64,000 bases of DNA from Clostridia bacterium. Its GTDB lineage: Bacteria; Bacillota; Clostridia; Oscillospirales; CAG-382. The stretch spans positions 2,935 to 66,934 of the forward strand of contig JAFZDO010000001.1 of the NCBI GenBank assembly GCA_017561145.1. Reading direction: 5' to 3'. The position numbers and the translations under genes were made by a program. The notes under the pieces were generated by a model, which was given only the letters and a program-made list of their open reading frames with translations, was not told where the DNA came from and ran no database searches. Positions 29,012-36,378 of the stretch are shown here, piece after piece (position 1 is the stretch's first letter; the number at the start of each line of letters is the position of its first letter).

Positions 29012-29352
29012 TGAAAGAAATGATCTGTATCGTCTGCCCGCGCGGATGTCATTTGACGATAGACGAAACCACCCTCGAGGCTAAGGGCAACACCTGCCCC
29101 AGAGGCGAGGAATACGCAAAGAACGAAATCGTTTCCCCGATGCGCACGATCACCGGCTCGGTCGGTATTTCGGGCGGAATACATTCCCGTTTGGCGGTAC
29201 GCACCAACCGTGCGGTTCCCAAAAGCAAGATGTTTGAAATAATGGCGGCTCTCCACGCTTGCAAGGTTCAGTCCCCCATCAAGCGCGGCGACGTTATTAT
29301 CGAAAACGTCTGCGGCACCGGCGCAAACGTTATTGCATCGAGAGATATGTAA
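29011..29352 (+). CDS. DUF1667-type small Cys-rich protein
   Basis: MKEMICIVCPRGCHLTIDE...GNTCPRGEEY. The start overlaps the upstream stop. It is the typical third gene of this oxidoreductase operon. Confidence 0.65.
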   Translation: MKEMICIVCPRGCHLTIDETTLEAKGNTCPRGEEYAKNEIVSPMRTITGSVGISGGIHSRLAVRTNRAVPKSKMFEIMAALHACKVQSPIKRGDVIIENVCGTGANVIASRDM

Positions 29353-29364
29353 AATTTAAAACAA

Positions 29365-29396
29365 AAGCGAGAACTTCGGTTTTCGCTTTTTTGTTT
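29365..29396 (+). terminator. intrinsic terminator after the oxidoreductase operon
   Basis: AAAGCGAGAAC-TTCG-GTTTTCGCTTT followed by a T-run. Confidence 0.55.
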
Positions 29397-29526
29397 TGCA
29401 AAAATTTGTTGATATATGGCGTATTGTGTGATATAATTTACTCTGTATAATAATGTAAGCAATTCAGGAATAATATTTTGTGACAAAATGCGTATTTTTG
29501 CGTCTTTTGTAACGGGGTGTATAGAT

Positions 29527-32500
29527 ATGTCAAAGAGAAAAGCTTCGGCAAGAACCAAAAAGGAAATAACTATCGCTTTGTTGCTGACAGCCTGCCTGCT
29601 GCTCGGCTTTGTTGTGATGCTCGTCGTTGAGGACAGCGTCGGCACACCGATATTCTACGACGGAGAAATGAAAAACATAAACGTCGTTATTAATGAGATC
29701 TGTGCAAGCAACAGATCGATCCTCGCGACCGACGGCGGTGAGTATCCCGACTATATTGAGCTTTACAACAAGGGTGAAAGCTTTAATCTTGCCGATTTCG
29801 GTCTGGCGAACGACACCCAGAACAGCATTGAATACCAATTCGGCGACTACTATTTCGAATCAGGCAGCTATCTTATCGTCTACCTCGACGGAATCAACGT
29901 CCCCTTCCGCCTTAATTCGAACGGAAACGAATATATCGCGCTCGTTTCGTGGGACGGCACGGTCATCGACAGCGTCACCACCGTAAAGACACCCGGCGAT
30001 AACGTAATGCTCCGCACCAACGAGGGGCTTGAGGTATCGACCGAGGCATCGCCCGGCTACCCCAACACCGAGGAGGGCGTCCGCCTGTTCCGCGCAGGAG
30101 TTATGGACGGAAGCATGGCGTTGGCGATAAACGAAATATTCACCGCGAACGATTCGGTTTTGCCCGATTTCGAGGGTGAATTTTGCGATATCATCGAGAT
30201 CAAAAACATTTCCTCGGCAATAGTTTCCACAAAAGGCTATTTTGTTTCCGATACGCAAACCGACAGAGTGCGCTGTGCATTACCCGAGCGCGAGCTTTCT
30301 CCCGGCGAAATAATGCTTGTTTTTGCATCGGGTAAGGAAAAAATCACCGAAAGCGGCGAAATTCACGCAGACTTCAGAATTTCCGCAGACGAAGAGGTTT
30401 TCATTTCGTACGGATCGAAATATACAAAGCAGTCCGCAACGAAATGCGAAAGCAATAAATCCCTCTCTCGCGTTAACGGCGAAAACGGCATTGAATACGT
30501 CGAAATGTATGCAACGCCGGGCTATGAAAACAACGAAAACGGCCGCGAAGCGCTCGACAATTCGCGCATCAATTCCGAATATCCTTTGGTAATAAGCGAG
30601 CTTTTACTCTCGCAGGACGGCGTGCCTTACGGCGGCAAGCTACGCGACGTTATCGAAATCTGCAATATTTCCTCGCAAACGGTTTCGACAAGCGGATGGT
30701 TTGTAAGCGATTCGCAGGACGACCCCTATAAATACGACCTGCCCGACCGCGACCTTGCGCCGAACGAATGTATGATCCTTTACGCCGAAAACGCAAGCGG
30801 CGAAAATGCTTGCGGATTCGCGCTTTCCTCGGGCGAGGCTGTTTATCTTACGGGACCCGACTTTAAGAGAAGCGAATACGTTTCCTGCTCTGCCGCAGGA
30901 AGAGGATATTCGCGCAGCTATGCGATCGAAAACGGCGAAACCGTTTATATCGACACCGAAATAAGCATCGGCTTTGCAAACGGCGAAAGCGGCATAGCTT
31001 CCTACGCCGAATCTATCCGCCCGACTGATATTGAAATAAGCGAGGTCGTTTCCTCCAACACGAAATACCTTGCAGGACCGTATAAGACCTATCACGATTT
31101 TGTTGAGCTTTACAATCACACCGATAAAGAGATCGACCTTACGGGATATTACCTTTCCGACGACCCCGAGCAGGTAAGAAAGGGCAGTCTTGACGGTGTG
31201 AAGATCCCCGCAAACGGTTACGTTTGCATTATCCTCTCGACCGACGGAATCAACACCCCCAAGGGCTATCACGTTGTTAATTTCGGCATCAACGCATCGG
31301 GCGAAACGCTCGTGCTTGCAAAGGGCGACACGGTGATCGACGTTGCGGTTATCCCCTCGCTCGGTCAGAACACCGCGTTCGGCAGAGCAAACGGCAGTAA
31401 CGGATTTTCGATACTTTCTTCCCCCACCCCCGGCGATATAAATGCCGCCCGTGCGACAGAAGCCACGGCGACTCCGCAATCCTCGCTTCCCCAAGGCGTT
31501 TATACCGAGGGCATTACGGTTGAGCTTCAAGGCGACGGCGCTATTTATTACACGCTCGACTGCACCGAGCCGACCGCAGATTCACAGCGTTACGTTTCGC
31601 CTATAAGGATCGACGCTACCACAGTCATCCGTTGCTTTGCTATCGAAGACGGCAAAAAGCCGAGCGGATGCAGTAATCTTACCTTTATAGTAAATGAAAA
31701 AGACACGCTTGAAGCGGTTTCGATAGTTACCACGCCCAAAAACCTTTGGGACTATTACAGCGGTATTTACGAAACAGGCCCGAAGGCAAACGCCGCCTTC
31801 CCCTATGAGGGCGCAAACTATTACAACCGTTGGGAGCGCGAGGCGACCGTTTCGTTTTTCGACAAAAACGGAAGCGGCTTTGACCAAGGCTGCGGAATAC
31901 GCATTTTCGGCGGTCTTTCGCGCGCGTTGCCGAAAAAATCCTTTGCGCTTTTCTTCCGTCAGTCCTATGGCAAGGGCGAGCTTGATTATCAGCTCTTCGA
32001 GGACGATGAGCTTTCTCAATACGAAGCCTTTGTTTTAAGAAACAGCGGTCAGGATTTTAAATACTCCTCAATGAAGGATGCGACCATCACCTCGATGGCG
32101 CACGATCTCCTCGGGATCGACGTGCAAAACTGCCGTCCCGTGGTTTTGTACCTCAACGGCGAATATTGGGGGCTCTACTTCATCCGTGAAAAGCTTAACG
32201 AGCACTACGTTGCAGGGCACTACAACGTATCGGCAGACGAGGCGACCGTTACCGTTGCAAACGGCAAAACGAGTCCCGAATATACCGAGCTTGTAAATTA
32301 CGCCCACACACACGATCTGAGAAATCAAGAATATTACGACTATATGAAGTCGCAGATCGATATCGAAAACTATATCGATTATATCGTTGCCGAGATGGTT
32401 ATCTGCAACACCGATAACGGCAATATCCGTTTCTTCACCTACGAGGGCGGAAAATGGCGTTGGATAATGTACGACGTCGACCAATCCTTCCGTACCGCAT

Positions 32501-32886
32501 CCTACAACACCGTTTCCGAGCACCTTGACCCTGCGGGCACGGGCAGTGCGAATATGTTTTCGACGAGACTTATCAACGCTCTGCTTAAAAACCCCGAATT
32601 CAAGGAAAAATTCCTCCGTGAAATAGCATATCAGTTAAACGAGATTTGGACGGTCGAAAACGTCAATGCATACGTCGATACCTTCCGCGATATGATCATC
32701 AACGACATCGGCAAGGATTGTACCCGTTGGGGCAGAAAATACGAAACCTGGGAAACCTCGGTCGACAATATGCGCTCGTTTATCGCCGCGCGTGAGAAGT
32801 ACGTGGTAAAATACGTTCAATCCTATTTCAATCTTTCCGAAAGCGAAATGCTTAGATTAGGATTTGATCTTACGGGGGTGCAGTAA
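29527..32886 (+). CDS. membrane-anchored CotH-family kinase-like protein with four lamin-tail-domain (LTD)-like modules
   Basis: TM anchor ITIALLLTACLLLGFVVMLVV. The four LTD-like starts are VINEICASN, AINEIFTAN, VISELLLSQ and EISEVVSSN. The Fn3-associated-like segment reads GAIYYTLDCTEPTADSQRY. The CotH region reads LRNSGQDF, LNGEYWGLYFIREK and WRWIMYDVDQSF. The ATG at 29527 is preferred over 29488. Confidence 0.75.
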   Translation: MSKRKASARTKKEITIALLLTACLLLGFVVMLVVEDSVGTPIFYDGEMKNINVVINEICASNRSILATDGGEYPDYIELYNKGESFNLADFGLANDTQNSIEYQFGDYYFESGSYLIVYLDGINVPFRLNSNGNEYIALVSWDGTVIDSVTTVKTPGDNVMLRTNEGLEVSTEASPGYPNTEEGVRLFRAGVMDGSMALAINEIFTANDSVLPDFEGEFCDIIEIKNISSAIVSTKGYFVSDTQTDRVRCALPERELSPGEIMLVFASGKEKITESGEIHADFRISADEEVFISYGSKYTKQSATKCESNKSLSRVNGENGIEYVEMYATPGYENNENGREALDNSRINSEYPLVISELLLSQDGVPYGGKLRDVIEICNISSQTVSTSGWFVSDSQDDPYKYDLPDRDLAPNECMILYAENASGENACGFALSSGEAVYLTGPDFKRSEYVSCSAAGRGYSRSYAIENGETVYIDTEISIGFANGESGIASYAESIRPTDIEISEVVSSNTKYLAGPYKTYHDFVELYNHTDKEIDLTGYYLSDDPEQVRKGSLDGVKIPANGYVCIILSTDGINTPKGYHVVNFGINASGETLVLAKGDTVIDVAVIPSLGQNTAFGRANGSNGFSILSSPTPGDINAARATEATATPQSSLPQGVYTEGITVELQGDGAIYYTLDCTEPTADSQRYVSPIRIDATTVIRCFAIEDGKKPSGCSNLTFIVNEKDTLEAVSIVTTPKNLWDYYSGIYETGPKANAAFPYEGANYYNRWEREATVSFFDKNGSGFDQGCGIRIFGGLSRALPKKSFALFFRQSYGKGELDYQLFEDDELSQYEAFVLRNSGQDFKYSSMKDATITSMAHDLLGIDVQNCRPVVLYLNGEYWGLYFIREKLNEHYVAGHYNVSADEATVTVANGKTSPEYTELVNYAHTHDLRNQEYYDYMKSQIDIENYIDYIVAEMVICNTDNGNIRFFTYEGGKWRWIMYDVDQSFRTASYNTVSEHLDPAGTGSANMFSTRLINALLKNPEFKEKFLREIAYQLNEIWTVENVNAYVDTFRDMIINDIGKDCTRWGRKYETWETSVDNMRSFIAAREKYVVKYVQSYFNLSESEMLRLGFDLTGVQ

Positions 32887-32888
32887 GT

Positions 32889-33557
32889 ATGGCTGAAAGA
32901 AGAGAAGAAAAATATCTTATCAACTACTCGGAATATTCAATCATATCAAGCCGCATAAGAGCACTTATGCAACCCGATAAAAACGGAAAAAACGGCAGAT
33001 ATTCGATATGCTCGATGTATTTCGACGATGCGTTTGACACGGCGCTTGCCGAAAAGGAGGACGGAAACGCGGTGCATATTAAATTCCGCATCCGCACCTA
33101 TGACGGCAACGGAGAATTTATCCGTCTTGAGCGCAAAACCAAGCGCGGAATCGTTACCGAAAAGCATTCGGCAAGAATCACCAAGGAAGAGCTTGACAAG
33201 ATCGTTTCGGGCGAAGCGATCGACGAAGAAAGTGCTTGCTTCGGTCTTGTTTCGGAAATGCGCGCAAAGGGGTTCAAGCCTGCGATTTCGGTTCGATACG
33301 ACCGCGAGGCATATTTAATGCCCTCGCTCGGAGTGCGGGTCACCTTTGACATAAATATCGATTCGCTCCCGCCCGATGCGGATACGCTTTTCGGCAACGT
33401 AAAGCGCGCCCTGCCCGCAATTGACCGCGGACAGATAATTATGGAAATAAAGTATTCCGACCGATGCCCCTCGTTCATCCGCAAGGCGTGCGCAACAAAC
33501 AGCGCACAGCTTTCGGTTTCAAAATACGCACTTTGCAGAAATGCACCGACGATATAA
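32889..33557 (+). CDS. VTC-domain (polyphosphate-polymerase / triphosphate-tunnel-like) protein
   Basis: 222 aa starting MAERREEKYLINY. Charged-alternating beta strands are HIKFRIRTYD, IRLERKTKRG and IMEIKYSD. It starts 2 nt after the cotH-like stop. Confidence 0.65.
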   Translation: MAERREEKYLINYSEYSIISSRIRALMQPDKNGKNGRYSICSMYFDDAFDTALAEKEDGNAVHIKFRIRTYDGNGEFIRLERKTKRGIVTEKHSARITKEELDKIVSGEAIDEESACFGLVSEMRAKGFKPAISVRYDREAYLMPSLGVRVTFDINIDSLPPDADTLFGNVKRALPAIDRGQIIMEIKYSDRCPSFIRKACATNSAQLSVSKYALCRNAPTI

Positions 33558-33575
33558 TTTTAAAGGAGAAACAAA

Positions 33576-34241
33576 ATGAGTATTTTAGACGCAATAAAAA
33601 AGAGTGTTTTAGAGGGCTTTTCCTCTGAAATTACACTTGCAGACATTATTATCTCGCTTATCGTAGCGTTTCTTTCGGGACTTTTCATTCTTCTTATCTA
33701 CCGACTCACGCTGCGCGGCGTTTCGAGAAACAGAACATTTGAGGTCACGTTGCTTCTCGTCACCCCCATTTCGGCAATGATAGTTCTTACCATTACCTCC
33801 AACCTCGCGCTTTCTCTCGGTATGGTCGGTGCTCTTTCGATAATCCGCTTCCGTACCGCAATCAAGGATGCAAGCGACACGGCATTTATGTTCTGGTCGG
33901 TTGCGGCAGGTATCACCGCAGGTGCGCATTTCTATAAGATCACGATAATCGGCTGTCTTTTCATCGGTCTTGCCGCATTTGCGATCATTAAGCTCACCGC
34001 CACAGGCTCACGCCCCTATCTTCTCGTCGTACGTGCAAACAGCGACAAGGCTATCGATTACACTGCGCGTCTTCTTAACGAGAACAACATAAAGAACCGC
34101 CTTTCCTCGCTTGTAGATAACGGCGATTACAGCGAGGTCATTTATGAGATCGCGCTTCGCGGCAACCACCAAAAGCTTGTTGGTGCACTTAAAAACCTCC
34201 CCGACGTTATAAGCGTTTCGCTTGTCGACTGCAGAAACTAA
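33576..34241 (+). CDS. DUF4956-type polytopic membrane protein
   Basis: 221 aa with four hydrophobic helices and the conserved-looking segment ALSIIRFRTAIKDASDTAFMFWSVAAGI. It lies 18 nt after the VTC gene. Confidence 0.6.
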   Translation: MSILDAIKKSVLEGFSSEITLADIIISLIVAFLSGLFILLIYRLTLRGVSRNRTFEVTLLLVTPISAMIVLTITSNLALSLGMVGALSIIRFRTAIKDASDTAFMFWSVAAGITAGAHFYKITIIGCLFIGLAAFAIIKLTATGSRPYLLVVRANSDKAIDYTARLLNENNIKNRLSSLVDNGDYSEVIYEIALRGNHQKLVGALKNLPDVISVSLVDCRN

Positions 34242-34250
34242 ATAAAAAGC

Positions 34251-34275
34251 AAAAGGAGCCGATTGGCTCCTTTTT
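34251..34275. terminator. bidirectional terminator between convergent DUF4956 and ytvI genes
   Basis: AAAAGGAGCC-GATT-GGCTCCTTTTT. Confidence 0.7.
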
Positions 34276-35350
34276 ATTTTTGCTTTGATTCAATGAGCCG
34301 CATTAAAACTATCGCGGATAACGGGAAGAGGAACAGACCCAAAAGTCCCAACAATTCAAGCCCGATATACATCGATGCAAGCGCGGCGATCGGCGGAAGT
34401 CCTATAAATTTGCCGACTATCTTCGGCTCGATTATCTGGCGGATGACGGTTATTAAAACATAAGTTACGAGTATGCCGATGCCGAGCCAATAGTTTCCGA
34501 TAACCAAAAGGACCACGCCCCAAGGGATGAGCACCGTACCCGTGCCGAGCACAGGCAAAAAATCGACAAGCGCAATGACAAGCGCAAGGATAAAGGAATA
34601 ATCGACACCCAAAACGACAAACGCAAGCAAAAGCTCGCCAAAGGTTATGAAAAACAACAAGCCGTAAGCGCGCAGATATTTTCCGACCGTGTTTGCCAAA
34701 ACGTCACGCGCGGCTTTAAGAGTCGGGCGAAGCCGTTCGGGAAAAAGCGAAAGGAAAAAGCTGTTTATCTTTACTCTGTCGATGGCGAAATAATAGGTTG
34801 CGATTATAACGACAACCGTTGAAAAAAGCGCGTTGGGCAAAAAAGAAACCGCCGAGCCCATAAGCGAAACGAGTCCGCCCGTAATACCCTCGCCAAACCC
34901 GACGAGCATCCCCCAAAGCTCCTCGTCGAGGTTGCTTCGCATCGCCCAAAGCTTATCGCGAAGGTCGACGAAGGGTATCATATCGCAAATTTTGTCGATG
35001 GTTTCGTGGGCATAGCCGTCGTCGGTGCGGATGAGAGCAACCGTTTCCTTAATGTTGTCTGCGAGGTCGGATATCTCCAAAACGACCTGACGGCCTATGG
35101 CGTAGATAAGCGCGACCACCGATGCCGTCGCCAAAAACACAACGCAGAGAACGCAGACCTTCTTCGGGAATTTTTTGTGCCTTTCGGAATATTTAACTAT
35201 CGGACGGAAGCACTCGGCGAAGATATAGGCGATAACAAAGGGAAAAACCGCTTCCCAAAGGAAATTGAAGAAAATATAAACAACCGCTATTGCCACCGCG
35301 GCGTACATCGTTATAACGGCAAAGCGCTTGTATGGCTCGTTTGGAAGCAA
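34274..35350 (-). CDS. ytvI: AI-2E/PerM-family permease, sporulation integral membrane protein YtvI-like
   Basis: Polytopic protein with C-terminal DFLPVLGTGTVLIPW and IIEPKIVG motifs. The track ORF (to 35785) reads through tRNA-Ser and the repeat. TTG at 35350, 8 nt after GGAG, is proposed; the ATG at 35308 is the alternative. Confidence 0.75.
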   Translation of the reverse strand: MLPNEPYKRFAVITMYAAVAIAVVYIFFNFLWEAVFPFVIAYIFAECFRPIVKYSERHKKFPKKVCVLCVVFLATASVVALIYAIGRQVVLEISDLADNIKETVALIRTDDGYAHETIDKICDMIPFVDLRDKLWAMRSNLDEELWGMLVGFGEGITGGLVSLMGSAVSFLPNALFSTVVVIIATYYFAIDRVKINSFFLSLFPERLRPTLKAARDVLANTVGKYLRAYGLLFFITFGELLLAFVVLGVDYSFILALVIALVDFLPVLGTGTVLIPWGVVLLVIGNYWLGIGILVTYVLITVIRQIIEPKIVGKFIGLPPIAALASMYIGLELLGLLGLFLFPLSAIVLMRLIESKQK

Positions 35351-35452
35351 ATGCACCACTCCGAAAATACTGTTTTCAATATTATATGGAAAATAATATA
35401 AAATAAATCCCAAAAAAGCGAAACTATTTCGCAAAACAATTAAATTTTTGTG

Positions 35453-35481
35453 TTGACATTGTCGATTTGCTGTGATATAAT
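35453..35481 (+). promoter_or_regulatory. sigma-A promoter of tRNA-Ser
   Basis: TTGACA (35453-35458), a 17-nt spacer, then TATAAT (35476-35481) with an extended TG. Confidence 0.65.
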
Positions 35482-35515
35482 AATCAAGCGCGATTGAGCG
35501 CGAAGTTAATAATAC

Positions 35516-35606
35516 GGAGAAGTCGCTTAGCTGGTCGAGGGCGCACGACTGGAAATCGTGTAACGGATAAAACCGTTCGAGAGTTCGAATCTCTCCTTCT
35601 CCGCCA
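35516..35606 (+). tRNA. tRNA-Ser (anticodon GGA), CCA encoded
   Basis: Manual fold. Acceptor GGAGAAG/CTTCTCC, anticodon stem CACGA/TCGTG with loop CTGGAAA, long variable arm AACGG-ATAAAA-CCGTT, T-arm GAGAG-TTCGAAT-CTCTC, then GCCA. Confidence 0.92.
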
Positions 35607-35610
35607 AACA

Positions 35611-35636
35611 AAAACCACCCAATCGGGTGGTTTTTT
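35611..35636 (+). terminator. terminator hairpin after tRNA-Ser
   Basis: AAAACCACCC-AATC-GGGTGGTTTTTT. Confidence 0.7.
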
Positions 35637-35647
35637 GTTTGGCTTTT

Positions 35648-35784
35648 GAAGAGATTCGAAGGGCGTAAGCCAAACAGTCCGGGGGACTGTTTGGGTAGCC
35701 CCGCGGAGCAGACCGCAACGGAAGAGGCGCGGAGCGCCGCTTGGAGTTGCATTGGGCTGCGGAGGAATCTCTCCTTCTCCGCCA
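35648..35784 (+). repeat. tRNA-3'-end-terminated structured element, Ser-type copy 1 (candidate ncRNA or att-like site)
   Basis: 137 nt and GC-rich. The last 20 nt (35765-35784, GAATCTCTCCTTCTCCGCCA) are identical to tRNA-Ser 35587-35606. The 5' AGAGATTC (35650-57) pairs with GAATCTCT (35765-72). There is an 11-bp hairpin with a GGG loop at 35670-35694, plus further helices GCAAC/GTTGC and GGCGC-GGA-GCGCC. Confidence 0.8.
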
Positions 35785-35788
35785 AAAC

Positions 35789-35820
35789 AAAAGGACAGGC
35801 AATGCCTGTCTTTTTGTTTT
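35789..35820 (+). terminator. second terminator hairpin after the duplicated tRNA 3' end
   Basis: AAAAG-GACAGGC-AAT-GCCTGTC-TTTTT. The flanks are the same as in the first terminator, but the stem sequence differs. Confidence 0.65.
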
Positions 35821-35826
35821 GGCGGA

Positions 35827-35974
35827 ATGAAGCGCACCTGACGGTGCATGAAGCATGAAGTCGCCTACGGCTATGAAGCGTGCCTTCGGCACATTAGGAA
35901 CGAAAAATGCGCTTCGCTTCATGCAAGCGTTAGCGAGTGCTTCATATTGGCGAAGCCAATGCTTCATTTTTCAT
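35827..35974. repeat. array of the heptamer ATGAAGC (x4, forward) and its complement GCTTCAT (x3-4), interleaved with short hairpins
   Basis: ATGAAGC occurs at 35827, 35848, 35855 (ATGAAGT) and 35873. GCTTCAT occurs at 35916, 35939 and 35961, with TTTTCAT at 35968. Local hairpins are GCACC-TGAC-GGTGC, GTGCC-TTC-GGCAC and ATTGGC-GAA-GCCAAT. Confidence 0.8.
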
Positions 35975-36002
35975 TGAAAATACAAAAAACTTATGATATA
36001 CT
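35974..36002 (+). promoter_or_regulatory. sigma-A promoter for the four-helix-bundle operon
   Basis: TTGAAA (35974-79), a 17-nt spacer, then TATACT (35997-36002) with an extended TG. Confidence 0.5.
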
Positions 36003-36024
36003 TCACTTGAAGGAAGGTGTTTAT

Positions 36025-36378
36025 ATGCGCAATGACAAATTATCCACGCAATCGATGGACTTCGCCGTTTCAATTATAAAACTTGTGAAATACTTAAAAG
36101 AAAGCAAAGAGCATATCATTTCCAATCAAATCGGAAGAAGCGGAACAAGCATAGGCGCGAATATCCGCGAGGCACAGTATGCGCATGGGAAAGCGGACTT
36201 TATTGCAAAATTGCAAATAGCCCTAAAAGAAGCCAATGAAACGGGATATTGGTTAGAATTGCTATACAAAACGAATTATATTACAGAAGATCAATATAAA
36301 GATTTAGATGCAGTTTGTACGGGTCTTCGTGCTATGTTAATTGCATCTATTAACACCGCTAAGGAGAATATGAAATGA
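36025..36378 (+). CDS. four-helix-bundle protein of the 23S rRNA intervening-sequence protein family (Avd-like fold)
   Basis: The ATG at 36025 follows GAAGGAAGG. The sequence FAVSIIKLVKYLKESKEHIISNQIGRSGTSIGANIREAQYAHGKADFIAKLQIALKEANETGYWLELL is typical of this family. The upstream part of the track ORF lies in the heptamer array. Confidence 0.75.
   Translation: MRNDKLSTQSMDFAVSIIKLVKYLKESKEHIISNQIGRSGTSIGANIREAQYAHGKADFIAKLQIALKEANETGYWLELLYKTNYITEDQYKDLDAVCTGLRAMLIASINTAKENMK

Noticed and set aside
35648-35784. Element as a tmRNA or tRNA pseudogene fragment (GAUUCGAAGGG resembles the tmRNA 5' GGAUUCGACGGG, and the 3' end is a tRNA-like CCA)
   Set aside because: There is no 5' acceptor strand, no tag reading frame and no pseudoknots. 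It is far too short for tmRNA. The 3' end is identical to the adjacent tRNA-Ser (or tRNA-Glu in the other copy) rather than to an alanine-type tmRNA end.
35484-35967. ORFs reading through the tRNA-Ser region and the repeat copies, giving recurring ERFLRSPMQLQAALRASSVAVCSAGL peptides: 34274-35785 N-terminal part, 35484-35849, 35527-35967, 35646-35858, 37555-37737, 38338-38649, 38366-38683 and 38387-38623
   Set aside because: They traverse a tRNA gene, terminator hairpins and the structured repeat, and they lack RBSs. The substitutions between copies preserve base-pairing rather than showing a coding pattern. They are treated as non-coding repeat artefacts.
36025-36378. Diversity-generating retroelement, suggested by the Avd-like protein
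   Set aside because: No reverse transcriptase gene and no template/variable repeat pair is visible anywhere in the window.
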